Below are positions 11,419-20,935 of a stretch of 64,000 nt of DNA, piece after piece (position 1 is the first letter of the stretch; each line of letters opens with the position of its first letter). The stretch comes from Candidatus Aalborgicola bjergmarkensis (lineage in GTDB: Bacteria; Pseudomonadota; Gammaproteobacteria; Burkholderiales; Burkholderiaceae_C): positions 150,505 through 214,504 of the forward strand of contig JADJFE010000002.1 of NCBI GenBank assembly GCA_016708725.1, in the 5' to 3' direction. The position numbers were made by a program, and so were the translations under genes. Under the pieces are notes generated by a model, which did no database searches, was not told where the DNA came from, and saw nothing but the letters and a program-made list of their open reading frames with translations.

Positions 11419-13281
11419 TCAGTATTCTTTCTTGTCTTCCCACATCTCAGCGGCAAACCGGACTACCTGGTTGCGTCCGCTGTGTTTGGCCTTGTACAGC
11501 GCCACGTCGGCGAACTTGATGGCTTGCCAGAACGTGTCGCTGTCGGTGGGAAAGTCTGCAATCCCGATGGAAATGGTTTTTTGCAAAATCACTCCACCAA
11601 CCTGCGTTTTCATGGCTTCCACCGCCAGGCGAATGTTCTCGGCAACCTTGTCTGCAGCCTCGGCTTGCGTGTTTTGCAGGATGATCAAAAATTCCTCGCC
11701 CCCGTAACGGATCACCATATCCGAGGCGCGCACCTTTTGTTTGAGTACACGCGCCAAGGCCTTGAGGACAGCATCACCGGCATCGTGTCCGTGCGTGTCA
11801 TTGACCATCTTGAAATAATCAAGATCGAGCATGAGGATAGCCAGATGGATGTTGTTGCGCTGTACGTTGCTCAACAATGTGTCTACATACTCCTCAAGAA
11901 AGCGCCGGTTGCTCAGGCCCGTCATCGGGTCACGCAGATTGGCTTCGCGCAGGGTTTCCATCAGGCGCTTGGTCTCCAGCACCGGGGCTGACTCTCGCAA
12001 GTAGACGCCGATGTAGGGAATCTTGTCGTGTAGTTGCTGTCCGGCTTCGGGAGTGACCACCAGCTGCATCACGCTGCCAACCGAGCCGGACTGCATGATG
12101 GGAAAGCAAATGTGTCGGCGGTTTTCGGCCTCGGTGGGAGGCGAGAAGGCGTAACAGATTCCAGGACTGTCAACACTATCGACAATGTGGCCTGTGCGCC
12201 GTGCGCGGCAGGCTTCCGGGCGGACCTGAATCTGCGCATCGCACCAGCGGCACGCGCCATTTAATTCGCCGTCCACGATGATCGGGGTTATCTCGACCTT
12301 GGTACGGCCCACTTTGTAGAGAGAGTATTCCCGAATGCCAAATTCGTTCTCCATTGTTTTGGCCAGACGCTGGTAGATCTCCTGGGTGGCCTCGTCCTCC
12401 TCAATGGCTTGCTTGAAGCGTGCCGCCTTGGTCAGACTGTCCACGGTGTCTATGGTGGCGGTCAGCAGGTTTTCCCCAGGAGACGGCGTTCGTTCCGTTA
12501 ACCGGGCCACATTGGTGCCTATGGTGTTGAGACCTTCGTTCAGAAAACTCAGCAACCGATTCATGTCCCGTGCGATCTGGCCTATTTCATCGTGGGTTTG
12601 TATATCGATCTGCGATTTGAAGTTACCCTCCAAAGCGTCATGCACCGCGATCTCAACCGCATGGGCAGTGGCAGAAACCGGGCGCAGGAGGCGGCCCAAC
12701 AGAAACAGCACCACCAGCGTGAACAGGGCAATAACAACCGCAATGCCAAGCACCGTCAACATGGCCTTGTTGCGTAGGCTCTCAACCGACATGGTCATTG
12801 TCACCGCACCAAGAACGGCCCCGGATTTGACCTGGTGGCATTGAAGGCAATTGGGCGTTCCAGAAGAAGATGCAATGTAGGGGATGGTGGCGCGCAAAAT
12901 CGTGTCGTCTGGAAGTTCTACGACATCAAAACGCGCCTTGCCGTCCTTCAGAACGCCTAGCTCGACTTCATCTGCGGCAGTTTCCGTATTCAAGCCCTTG
13001 CCGAACTGGCGTGTAACTTCCTCGGAGCGTACGACATGGGCCGATTTGATCCCCTGGACTTCCATCAGACGGTTGAGAAACTGCTCACGCTTGTTGATAA
13101 CGCCATTAATCATGGATTCGGTCAGGTGGACCCGCACAATTTCTGTGGCAGTGCGCAAATGATCTCCCACGGCGGAAATGGAGAAGGAGCGAAACGCATA
13201 CAGACACAGACTCACCAGGACGATCATCAAACCCACTGACATGGCGACAAAAAACAGCGTAACTTTGGCGTTGAGCTTCAT
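11419..13281 (-). CDS. Membrane HAMP/GAF-like GGDEF diguanylate cyclase
   Basis: RDPMTGLSNRR, DLDYFK.VND..GH..GD, RYGGEEF; CLQCH motif in the periplasmic region; start taken at MKLNAK. Confidence 0.9.
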   Translation of the reverse strand: MKLNAKVTLFFVAMSVGLMIVLVSLCLYAFRSFSISAVGDHLRTATEIVRVHLTESMINGVINKREQFLNRLMEVQGIKSAHVVRSEEVTRQFGKGLNTETAADEVELGVLKDGKARFDVVELPDDTILRATIPYIASSSGTPNCLQCHQVKSGAVLGAVTMTMSVESLRNKAMLTVLGIAVVIALFTLVVLFLLGRLLRPVSATAHAVEIAVHDALEGNFKSQIDIQTHDEIGQIARDMNRLLSFLNEGLNTIGTNVARLTERTPSPGENLLTATIDTVDSLTKAARFKQAIEEDEATQEIYQRLAKTMENEFGIREYSLYKVGRTKVEITPIIVDGELNGACRWCDAQIQVRPEACRARRTGHIVDSVDSPGICYAFSPPTEAENRRHICFPIMQSGSVGSVMQLVVTPEAGQQLHDKIPYIGVYLRESAPVLETKRLMETLREANLRDPMTGLSNRRFLEEYVDTLLSNVQRNNIHLAILMLDLDYFKMVNDTHGHDAGDAVLKALARVLKQKVRASDMVIRYGGEEFLIILQNTQAEAADKVAENIRLAVEAMKTQVGGVILQKTISIGIADFPTDSDTFWQAIKFADVALYKAKHSGRNQVVRFAAEMWEDKKEY

Positions 13282-13439
13282 TTTTCCAACCTTCGTTTTT
13301 TCGTTTGCACCCACAACATCCTCAAACACGTGCTGACGGCTGTTATCTATGGACATTGTATAAAGTAAGGGATAAAGCCAAGAGACGTTACGGGTGTGAT
13401 TCAAGTGATGTGGTCGTGATGTGGTCGTTGGATTTAGCT

Positions 13440-13733
13440 CCCTCGCCCCGGCGGGGAGAGGGCTAGGGAGAGGGGACTGGCTTGTCATGGTGCGGCTCTC
13501 TGGATGTTCTGCGGTGCTGTGGACGGGGTTATTGCTGCTATATTATTAATAGCTGCAACCGCACATACCACGGGGGCTGGAGGCTTATTTGATGCCTTAT
13601 TTGTGGCCAAAAAGATGCCACAAAGGCTTGCAAGAGGGTTTCGCATCGCAGTTTTTGCATATGTCATATCACGGGTAATATGAGATTCCAGCGCAAAGCC
13701 ACCAGCAGCCCCTCTCCCCAGCCCTCTCCCCGC
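13440..13733. repeat. Inverted pair of GGGGAGAGGG/CCCTCTCCCC motifs flanking a short insert
   Basis: 13451-13475 GCGGGGAGAGGGCTAGGGAGAGGGG is the near-perfect reverse complement of 13709-13733 CCCCTCTCCCCAGCCCTCTCCCCGC. Confidence 0.7.
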
Positions 13734-13738
13734 TGATG

Positions 13739-13846
13739 GCGCACGGCTTTGAATTCAAAACCAACCCGGTTCTCGACCCATTGGATCAAATCGAATGCCG
13801 CGATGCGCTGCTGACCGAGGGAGCCGAAGCGCGTTGGCCCAAGGTC
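13739..13846 (+). pseudogene. Fragment A of MmeI-like (Type IIG/IIL) restriction-modification gene
   Basis: HGFEFKTNPVLDPLDQIECRDALL...EARWP resembles the segment immediately upstream of the NPPF motif in such enzymes (recognition by eye). Confidence 0.6.
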
Positions 13847-13900
13847 GTACCGTTCTGGAGCATTTACTTGCCAAGCCCATTTCAGTCCATAATTCGCCTC

Positions 13901-14152
13901 ATGAGCACGATCACTTTCGACACACTGCAATTGGTGGAGCAACTGCGCTCGGCGGGCATATCGCAGGAGCAAGCGGAGGCGGTGGTAAAAGTCATCGCCA
14001 AGAGTCAGGACAGTCTGGTGACGGTGGACTACTTCGATCGCAAGCTGGAATCAGCACTGGCTCCACTGCGCACCGATCTGGCTGTGCTCAAGTGGATGAT
14101 GGGCGTGGTAGCCGCCGGGGTCATGTCCTTGGTGCTCAAAGCCTTCCTCTAA
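13901..14152 (+). CDS. DUF1640/CCDC90-like small coiled-coil membrane protein
   Basis: TITFDTL.LVE.L..AGIS.EQAEA...LRTDLAVLKWMMG plus a C-terminal TM. Confidence 0.8.
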   Translation: MSTITFDTLQLVEQLRSAGISQEQAEAVVKVIAKSQDSLVTVDYFDRKLESALAPLRTDLAVLKWMMGVVAAGVMSLVLKAFL

Positions 14153-14169
14153 TCCCGATCCCACTTTCC

Positions 14170-14318
14170 ATTTTTAACGCCTGGGCCGATGAGCCTTGGG
14201 TCAACGAAGGCGCTGCGGTGCGGGTGTCGCTGGTGTGCTTTGGCGTGGATAAGCACAGCGCTCAACTCAACGGCCAGCCGGTGCCGCGCATTCATGCGGA
14301 TTTGACGGGGGGTGTGGG
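14170..14318 (+). pseudogene. Fragment B of MmeI-like restriction-modification gene
   Basis: IFNAWADEPWVNEGAAVRVSLVCFG...LNGQPVPRIHADLT. Confidence 0.6.
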
Positions 14319-14394
14319 GTACGGGTTCCCACTCAAAGCGGGACAGCACGGCACTTTGTGACAGGCTTCAGGATACTCCCAGTCAAAGCTAAAG

Positions 14395-14592
14395 CGCTCC
14401 TGATACAATAGCTGCTCCCGCTTGTCCCATAAGGATTTCAGCCCGATTTGCCATGCAAAAACACCCGACAACGGCCCGTTTTGATGCCTCATGGCGGCAT
14501 CAGCATCGCCTTGACCCGTCTTGAAGGGCAAAATTCAAGGCAAATCTGGCTGTACGCCTTATGGGACAAGCGGTAGCAGCTATGTTTTTTGC
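14395..14592. repeat. 198-bp dispersed palindromic repeat, copy 2
   Basis: Arms AGCTGCTCCCGCTTGTCCCATAAGG...GCCCGATTTGCC and GGCAAATCTGGC...CCTTATGGGACAAGCGGTAGCAGCT; colinear with 3065-3262. Confidence 0.85.
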
Positions 14593-14668
14593 AGAGACAG
14601 CACCACAGACGAATGCGCGCATACTTTGTGGGAGCCGCAATATTTACGCCTTTAAGTGGGAAGCCTGC

Positions 14669-14995
14669 TTATTCAAACAGCGTCGCGACCTTCGCCAGCA
14701 CTTCGTCCATGAGGGGCGCTGGCAGGGTATCGATTTTGCAGGCATTACGAGCGACCAAATCGAGCACACGGGGTTGGTCACAGCGCACGATACCGGTGGT
14801 CTTGATTCCTGTCACGGGCACGGCGAACCCCAGGCGGCGTACGAAGTCGCCGCCCTTGGTGATCGGCAGAATCACGGGTAGTCTGGTTGCCGCGTTGAAC
14901 TCGCCCGGCGACACGACCAGAACGGGACGGCTGCCACTTTGTTCAGGCCCTGCTGTCGGATCGAGTGACACCAGGTAAATATCGCCGCGCTTCAA
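14669..14995 (-). CDS. PemK/MazF-family endoribonuclease toxin
   Basis: RGDIYLVSLDPTAG.EQ.G.RPVLVVS, CDQPRVLD. Confidence 0.93.
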   Translation of the reverse strand: MKRGDIYLVSLDPTAGPEQSGSRPVLVVSPGEFNAATRLPVILPITKGGDFVRRLGFAVPVTGIKTTGIVRCDQPRVLDLVARNACKIDTLPAPLMDEVLAKVATLFE

Positions 14996-15249
14996 AGCAG
15001 CTCGCCACCTACGGCTGGCGCATCAACCCATTCACGTTCTTCTGGCGGTTGTGGTTGCGAATAGTCCGAAGCGGCCAGCAACTCCGCCAGCGTATAGCGC
15101 GGTCGTGGACTGGGGTTAACCAACAGACAGCCGTGATCAACAGCCAGACCGACCGTTGCACCCGCTTTTAGATGCAGTTGATCGAGGAAGACCGGCGGTA
15201 CGACTAGCATGACCGAGCCGCCGACTTTGCGCAGATTGGTGGTGTGCAT
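14992..15249 (-). CDS. AbrB/MazE (PemI-like) antitoxin
   Basis: LRKVGGSVML.VP, PR.YTLAELLA, EW.DAP.VG.E; 4-bp overlap with the toxin. Confidence 0.92.
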   Translation of the reverse strand: MHTTNLRKVGGSVMLVVPPVFLDQLHLKAGATVGLAVDHGCLLVNPSPRPRYTLAELLAASDYSQPQPPEEREWVDAPAVGGELL

Positions 15250-15272
15250 GATGCACCTCTGAATGGGTTAAA

Positions 15273-15288
15273 TTATATTTAAATATAA
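15273..15288. promoter_or_regulatory. Perfect 16-bp palindrome, probable TA autoregulatory operator
   Basis: TTATATTTAAATATAA lies 24 bp upstream of the antitoxin start. Confidence 0.65.
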
Positions 15289-15393
15289 CATATTGCCATT
15301 GGTACTGCATGCCACACAATCACGCTATGACAGCAAAAGGTTCTTGACCATCTCCAGATTACCGCCTGAAAGCATCGCTGATAAACTTGATCC

Positions 15394-15609
15394 ATGAAAA
15401 CTGCATTACAACCCGTAGAACATCTCGGCAAATTTGAACGCCTTCAATTGGTGCAGGATTTGTGGGATGAGTTCGCCCATGAATCTGACGTTGAAACCCG
15501 TCCAGAGGTTTTGAATGAACTGGAACGCCGCGCACTCTGGCGTGACAACCATCCCAACCAAGGCAAGAGCTTGCACCAGATCGCCCAGTTGCTGGGCGTC
15601 CACTTGTGA
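15394..15609 (+). CDS. Putative addiction module component (TIGR02574-like antitoxin), orphan
   Basis: ERLQLVQDLWDE...ELERR pattern; no RelE/ParE partner follows. Confidence 0.7.
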   Translation: MKTALQPVEHLGKFERLQLVQDLWDEFAHESDVETRPEVLNELERRALWRDNHPNQGKSLHQIAQLLGVHL

Positions 15610-15610
15610 C

Positions 15611-15700
15611 CTGGAGTACGGCTGGGGCGACTACACGCCAGATATGCCGGATGAGGAGATTTTGCAACGGCTGCTGGCGTTGAATCTGGAACATAGTTAG
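15611..15700 (+). pseudogene. Fragment C (extreme C-terminus) of MmeI-like restriction-modification gene
   Basis: YGWGDYTPDMPDEEILQRLLALNLEHS-stop. Confidence 0.65.
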
Positions 15701-15722
15701 TGCTTGACAGAAAATCCTGAAA

Positions 15723-16205
15723 ATGCCCATCCCGCGTATCTACGTTGAAACCTCGGTCATCAGTTACCTGACCTCCCGCCCCAGCCGTGATCTGGTGATT
15801 GCCGCACGACAGGAAATGACCCGCGAGTGGTGGGAATTGCGCAACTTGGTCTTTCAACCCCTGATCTCGAATCTGGTCATTCAGGAGGTTGCGGCAGGTG
15901 ATCCTGGTGCCGCGCTGTTGCGGTTGCAAATGTGTCAAAAGGTCGAACAACTCGGTATTGATCCGGCGGCCAAGGAACTTGCCGCAAAGTTGATCGAAGT
16001 GAAAGCGATTCCAGCGCATGAGGAGGAAGATGCGTTGCATATTGCGCTGGCGACCATTGCCCAAGTCGAATACATTGCTACCTGGAATTTTGTTCACATG
16101 GTGTCACCAGCAGCCAAATTCCGCTTGCAAAATCACATTCAACAACTGAATTTCACTTCTCCTCTGCTGGCCACACCCGAAGAACTCCTGGAGAGCTTGC
16201 CATGA
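15723..16205 (+). CDS. PIN-domain (VapC-like) protein
   Basis: IYVETSVISYL, EEDALHIALATI...YIATWNFVH. Confidence 0.9.
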   Translation: MPIPRIYVETSVISYLTSRPSRDLVIAARQEMTREWWELRNLVFQPLISNLVIQEVAAGDPGAALLRLQMCQKVEQLGIDPAAKELAAKLIEVKAIPAHEEEDALHIALATIAQVEYIATWNFVHMVSPAAKFRLQNHIQQLNFTSPLLATPEELLESLP

Positions 16206-16411
16206 CTACCCCCATCCCCCAGTTTCCCCCTCAGGAAGCTGTGCGCCCACGCTTGGGCCGCCACGATCCGATCCTGCAAGAGTTGTGGGCAGTAAAGGCT
16301 GCACTCAACGCTGAGGCTGGCTACAGCATTGACAAATTAATCGAGCGGGCGAACAGCTTTGATCTCGAAGCCACCATCGCCCGCCTCAAGCGCGAGGTTT
16401 CGAAAACGTGA
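16202..16411 (+). CDS. Small partner protein of the PIN gene (putative antitoxin)
   Basis: DPILQELWAVKAALNAE motif; 4-bp overlap with the PIN gene. Confidence 0.6.
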   Translation: MTTPIPQFPPQEAVRPRLGRHDPILQELWAVKAALNAEAGYSIDKLIERANSFDLEATIARLKREVSKT

Positions 16412-17646
16412 TAGTCACCCCGAATATGACCATGAAATATTGCACACCCCCTTCTTTTGACCGGTTTGGTAAATCCTTCGCACTATGTCTGCTGCTGTCC
16501 CTGGTACCCGCCCAGGTGCTATTGGCGTCATCGCAAGACAGCAGTAATAGCAATCCCCCCAAGGCGCCCAGACCCGCCATGACCGTCACCACCGTGCGGC
16601 CCGTGCAAGCCAGCCTACCCTTGCGTCTCTCAGCCAATGGCACGATTGCCGCCTGGCAGGAAGCCAGTGTGGGCTCCGAGGCCAACGGGTTGCGTTTGTC
16701 CGAGGTGCATGCCCATGTGGGGGATACGGTGCGCAAAGGTCAGGTATTGGCCGTATTCGATACCGAGAGCGTGGCGGCTGATGTGGCGCAGGCCAAGGCT
16801 GCCGTGCAGGAAGCACAGGCGCTGGTCAACGACGCCGCAGCCAACGCGGTGCGCGCCCGCAGTTTTCAGGCCAGCGGCATGATGAGCGCCCAGCAGATCA
16901 GCCTCTTGCTCACCGCAGAACAAACCGCATTGGCGCGGCTGGAAAGTGCACGCGCCATGCTGGCGGTGCAGCAGTTGCGCCTCAAACGCACCCAGGTGCA
17001 GGCACCCGATAGCGGCATCATCTCGGTACGCACGGCAACCGTGGGCGCTGTGGCCGGGCCTGGCACCGAACTATTTCGCCTGATTCGCCAGGGACGGCTG
17101 GAGTGGCGCGCAGAAGTTACTTCGACCGAGCTGGCACGCCTGCAAAGCGGTATGCCAGTCACGCTCACTGCGGCCAGTGGAACCCGGCTTGCGGGCAAGG
17201 TGCGCCTAGTGGCACCCACGGTGGACATGCAGACACGCAATGCGCTGGTCTATGTCGATCTGCCCACCAGCACGGCGACAACCAGCACGGTCAAGGCCGG
17301 GATGTTTGCGCGCGGTGAATTTGATCTGGGCGACAGCGCAGGGCTTACCCTGCCACAGGCCGCCATCGTCGTGCGCGACGGCTTTCATTTCATTTTCACC
17401 GTTGCACCCGGCGGCGAGGGCATTCAGCGCGTGACCCAGCACAAGGTCAGCGTGGGGCAGCGCATGGGGGAGCGGGTGGAAGTCACCCAGGGGCTGGCGC
17501 CGGATGCCACCGTGGTTCTGGCGGGCGCCGGTTTCCTCAACGATGGTGACACGGTGCGCATCAACAACGCTTTTGTCAATCCTGTTAATCCAATGCCAAA
17601 TCAGCCGCAAGACAGCGCCAAACGTGCGCAAGCAGCTACTAAATAA
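16408..17646 (+). CDS. RND efflux membrane fusion protein (start uncertain)
   Basis: Lipoyl-like halves (V.VGDTVRKGQVLA; QVQAPDSGIIS) around a coiled coil. Confidence 0.92.
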   Translation: MIVTPNMTMKYCTPPSFDRFGKSFALCLLLSLVPAQVLLASSQDSSNSNPPKAPRPAMTVTTVRPVQASLPLRLSANGTIAAWQEASVGSEANGLRLSEVHAHVGDTVRKGQVLAVFDTESVAADVAQAKAAVQEAQALVNDAAANAVRARSFQASGMMSAQQISLLLTAEQTALARLESARAMLAVQQLRLKRTQVQAPDSGIISVRTATVGAVAGPGTELFRLIRQGRLEWRAEVTSTELARLQSGMPVTLTAASGTRLAGKVRLVAPTVDMQTRNALVYVDLPTSTATTSTVKAGMFARGEFDLGDSAGLTLPQAAIVVRDGFHFIFTVAPGGEGIQRVTQHKVSVGQRMGERVEVTQGLAPDATVVLAGAGFLNDGDTVRINNAFVNPVNPMPNQPQDSAKRAQAATK

Positions 17647-17652
17647 GGAGCA

Positions 17653-20600
17653 TTGGCGATGAATGTCTCTGCCTGGTCCATCAGGAATCCGGTTGCGGGT
17701 GTGATGCTGTTCGTGCTGCTCACCTTTGCCGGCATCCTTTCCTTCAAGGCCATGAAGGTGCAGCAGTTTCCCGACATGGACCTGCCCACCATCAGCGTGG
17801 TGGCCTCCTTGCCGGGGGCTGCACCCGCACAGATGGAAACCGAAGTAGCGCGCAAGCTGGAAAACAGCATTGCAACGCTTGCGGGACTCAAACACATCTA
17901 TACCAAGGTGCAAGACGGTGGTGTCACCATCACCGCCGAATTCCGCCTGGAAAAACCAGGTCAGGAGGCGCTGGACGATGTGCGCTCCGCCGTATCGCGC
18001 GTGCGCGGTGACTTGCCCGCCGACTTGCGCGAGCCGCAGGTCAACAAGATGAACCTGTCCGGTCAGCCCGTGCTGGCTTTCACCGTAGGATCGCAAAGAC
18101 TGGACGACGAGGCCCTGAGCTGGTTTGTGGACAACACCATCACCAAGCGCTTGCTGGCGGTGCGTGGCGTTGGCGCCATCAACCGGGTCGGGGGTGTCAG
18201 CCGCGAAGTGCAGGTGGCGCTTGACCCCCTGCGTCTGCAGGAGCTGGACGCCACTGCCTCCGATATTTCACGCCAGCTGCGCCTGGTGCAGCAGGACTTT
18301 TCCGGTGGCCGTACCGACATCGGCAGCAGCGAGCAACCCGTGCGTACGCTGGCAAGCGTGGGTTCTTCGGACGAACTCGGCCGCCTTGAGTTAACGCTGT
18401 CCGATGGAAGGCGCATCCGGCTGGACCAGATTGCCACCATCCGCGACACGATTGCCGAGCCGCGTTCCGTGGCTTTGCTCAACGGCACACCGGTCGTTGG
18501 TTTTGAAGTAGCGCGCAGCAAGGGCGCCAGCGAGGTGGAAGTGGGTGCGGCGGTGCAAAAGACGCTGGCCGAGATGCGTTTGCAATACCCGGAAATTGAC
18601 ATTACCGAAGCTTTCGATTTTGTCACGCCGGTGGCAGAAGAATATGACGCTTCGATGGTTTTGCTGTACGAGGGTGCGGTCCTGGCCGTGCTGGTGGTCT
18701 GGCTGTTTTTGCGCGACTGGCGCGCCACGTTCGTCTCGGCTGTAGCACTGCCCCTGTCGGTTATTCCGGCCTTCATCGGCATGTATTTCCTGGGATTTTC
18801 GGTCAACGTGATTACCCTCTTAGCCTTGTCGCTGGTCATCGGTATCCTGGTGGACGATGCCATTGTCGAAGTGGAAAACATCGTGCGCCACCTGCGCATG
18901 GGCAAAACGCCGTACCAGGCGGCCATGGAAGCAGCGGATGAAATTGGTCTGGCGGTGATTGCCACCACGTTCACCCTGATTGCGGTCTTTCTACCCACGG
19001 CCTTCATGAGCGGCATTGCCGGCAGATTTTTCAAGCAGTTTGGCTGGACAGCGTCATTGGCGGTTGCGGCATCGCTCCTGGTCGCGCGCGTGCTCACGCC
19101 GATGATGGCGGCCTACATGCTCAAACCCATTGTCGATGCGCATAAAGAGCAGCGCTGGATCGGTGTCTACATGCGCTGGGCCAACTGGTGCATACACCAC
19201 CGATTCCTGACCATGCTGGGCGCCAGCGGGTTTTTCGTCGGTTCCCTGATGTTGATTCCGCTGCTGCCGCAAGGCTTCATTCCACCGGATGACAACTCGC
19301 AAACCCAGGTGTACCTGGAACTGGCCCCCGGCGCCACCTTGAGCCAGACGCGCGCGCTGGCCGAGTCGGCACGCTTGCTCGTCAGCCAAGAGCCCCACGT
19401 ACGCAGTGTGTACACCACCATCGGTGGCGGCAGCGCCGGCAGTGATCCCTTTGCCCCGCAGGGTGCTGCCGAGACGCGCAAGGCAACCCTGACCATTTTG
19501 CTGGATGAACGCGGCAAGCGCCCGGTGAAACAACACATCGAAAAATCCCTGCGTAACAAACTGGAAGCCTTGCCCGGTGTGCGCAGCAAGGTGGGGCTTG
19601 GTGCTTCAGGAGAAAAATACATTCTGGTCATCACCGGCGATGATGCGGATACCTTGCAAACTGCAGCGCGCGCGCTGGAGCGCGATTTGCGCACCATTCC
19701 GGGCCTGGGCAATATTGCATCGAGCGCCAGCATGGTACGCCCCGAGATTGCGGTGCGCCCCGATTTTGCCCGCGCCGCCGACTTAGGGGTTACGACCGCC
19801 GCCATTGGCGACACGCTGCGCATCGCCACCGTAGGCGATTACGATGCCGCGCTGCCCAAACTCAACCTGAGCCAGCGCCAGATTCCCATTGTGGTCAAGC
19901 TCGACACCAGCGCGCGCGCCGACCTGGAGTTGCTGGGCCGATTGTCGGTGCCCGGTAGCAAGGGTCCGGTCATGCTCAACCAGGTGGCCACGCTGGAAGT
20001 GGCCAGCGGCCCGGCCATCATCGAGCGTTACGACCGTGCGCGCAATACCACCTTTGAAGTCGAACTGACCGGAATGCCGCTGGGCACCGTTGTTGATGCG
20101 GTGCAGAACCTGCCTGCCATCAAGAATCTGCCAGCGGGGGTCAAGGTGGTGGAAGTGGGCGATGCAGAAGTCATGGCCGAGGTGTTCGCCGGATTCGGCC
20201 TGGCGATGCTGACCGGCGTTTTGTGCATTTACATCGTGCTGGTACTGCTTTTCAAAAACCTGTTGCACCCGGTAACGATCCTGGCAGCGCTGCCCTTGTC
20301 GCTGGGGGGTGCCTTTGTCGGCTTGTTGCTGGCCAGGATGAGTTTTTCCATGCCCTCGCTCATCGGCCTCATCATGCTTATGGGGGTGGCTACAAAGAAC
20401 TCCATCCTGCTGGTGGAATACGCGATTGTGGCGCGGCGTGAGCACGGCATGTCGCGCCTTCAAGCGCTGCTGGACGCCTGCCACAAGCGCGCGCGCCCCA
20501 TCATCATGACCACGCTGGCCATGGCCGCCGGCATGATGCCGATTGCCATTGGCCTGGGGGCTGCCGACACCAGCTTTCGCGCCCCGATGGCGATTGCGGT

Positions 20601-20721
20601 GATTGGCGGCTTGATTACTTCGACCTATTTGAGTCTATTGGTGATTCCAGCCGTCTTTACCTATGTGGACGATGTGGCGCTGTGGCTGGAAAAGATGCAT
20701 TCGAAGGTACGCAAAAAGTGA
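17653..20721 (+). CDS. AcrB/AcrD/AcrF-family RND permease
   Basis: 1022 aa; VIGILVDDAIVEVENI, KNSILLVEYA, RARPIIMTT. Confidence 0.95.
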   Translation: MAMNVSAWSIRNPVAGVMLFVLLTFAGILSFKAMKVQQFPDMDLPTISVVASLPGAAPAQMETEVARKLENSIATLAGLKHIYTKVQDGGVTITAEFRLEKPGQEALDDVRSAVSRVRGDLPADLREPQVNKMNLSGQPVLAFTVGSQRLDDEALSWFVDNTITKRLLAVRGVGAINRVGGVSREVQVALDPLRLQELDATASDISRQLRLVQQDFSGGRTDIGSSEQPVRTLASVGSSDELGRLELTLSDGRRIRLDQIATIRDTIAEPRSVALLNGTPVVGFEVARSKGASEVEVGAAVQKTLAEMRLQYPEIDITEAFDFVTPVAEEYDASMVLLYEGAVLAVLVVWLFLRDWRATFVSAVALPLSVIPAFIGMYFLGFSVNVITLLALSLVIGILVDDAIVEVENIVRHLRMGKTPYQAAMEAADEIGLAVIATTFTLIAVFLPTAFMSGIAGRFFKQFGWTASLAVAASLLVARVLTPMMAAYMLKPIVDAHKEQRWIGVYMRWANWCIHHRFLTMLGASGFFVGSLMLIPLLPQGFIPPDDNSQTQVYLELAPGATLSQTRALAESARLLVSQEPHVRSVYTTIGGGSAGSDPFAPQGAAETRKATLTILLDERGKRPVKQHIEKSLRNKLEALPGVRSKVGLGASGEKYILVITGDDADTLQTAARALERDLRTIPGLGNIASSASMVRPEIAVRPDFARAADLGVTTAAIGDTLRIATVGDYDAALPKLNLSQRQIPIVVKLDTSARADLELLGRLSVPGSKGPVMLNQVATLEVASGPAIIERYDRARNTTFEVELTGMPLGTVVDAVQNLPAIKNLPAGVKVVEVGDAEVMAEVFAGFGLAMLTGVLCIYIVLVLLFKNLLHPVTILAALPLSLGGAFVGLLLARMSFSMPSLIGLIMLMGVATKNSILLVEYAIVARREHGMSRLQALLDACHKRARPIIMTTLAMAAGMMPIAIGLGAADTSFRAPMAIAVIGGLITSTYLSLLVIPAVFTYVDDVALWLEKMHSKVRKK

Positions 20722-20729
20722 CCGCCAAC

Positions 20730-20872
20730 AGCACTGGAGTCGGCTGCGCCGTTTGCTGGCGCACACACCCAGCGCCGGGAAGCGACATTTGACAATCGAG
20801 AATGGCAACATCAACCAATTGACCTTCACCCGATTTTTCGCGGTGATGCAATGCGGCTAATATTCCGATCAC
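20730..20872 (-). pseudogene. CaiB/BaiF CoA-transferase internal fragment
   Basis: IGILAALHHREKSGEGQLVDVAILDCQ; only about 45 codons are recognisable. Confidence 0.65.
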
Positions 20873-20935
20873 CGTAAAAAGATGGTGTCAATACGTCGTT
20901 AATTATCAATGTGAAAACAATGGGTTCCCAGCGGT

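Noticed and set aside
13282-13488. N-terminal extension MTSQSPLPSPLPAG… of the GGDEF ORF
   Set aside because: It is translated from the CCCTCTCCC repeat and intergenic DNA; the start at 13281 gives a normal TM-first protein.
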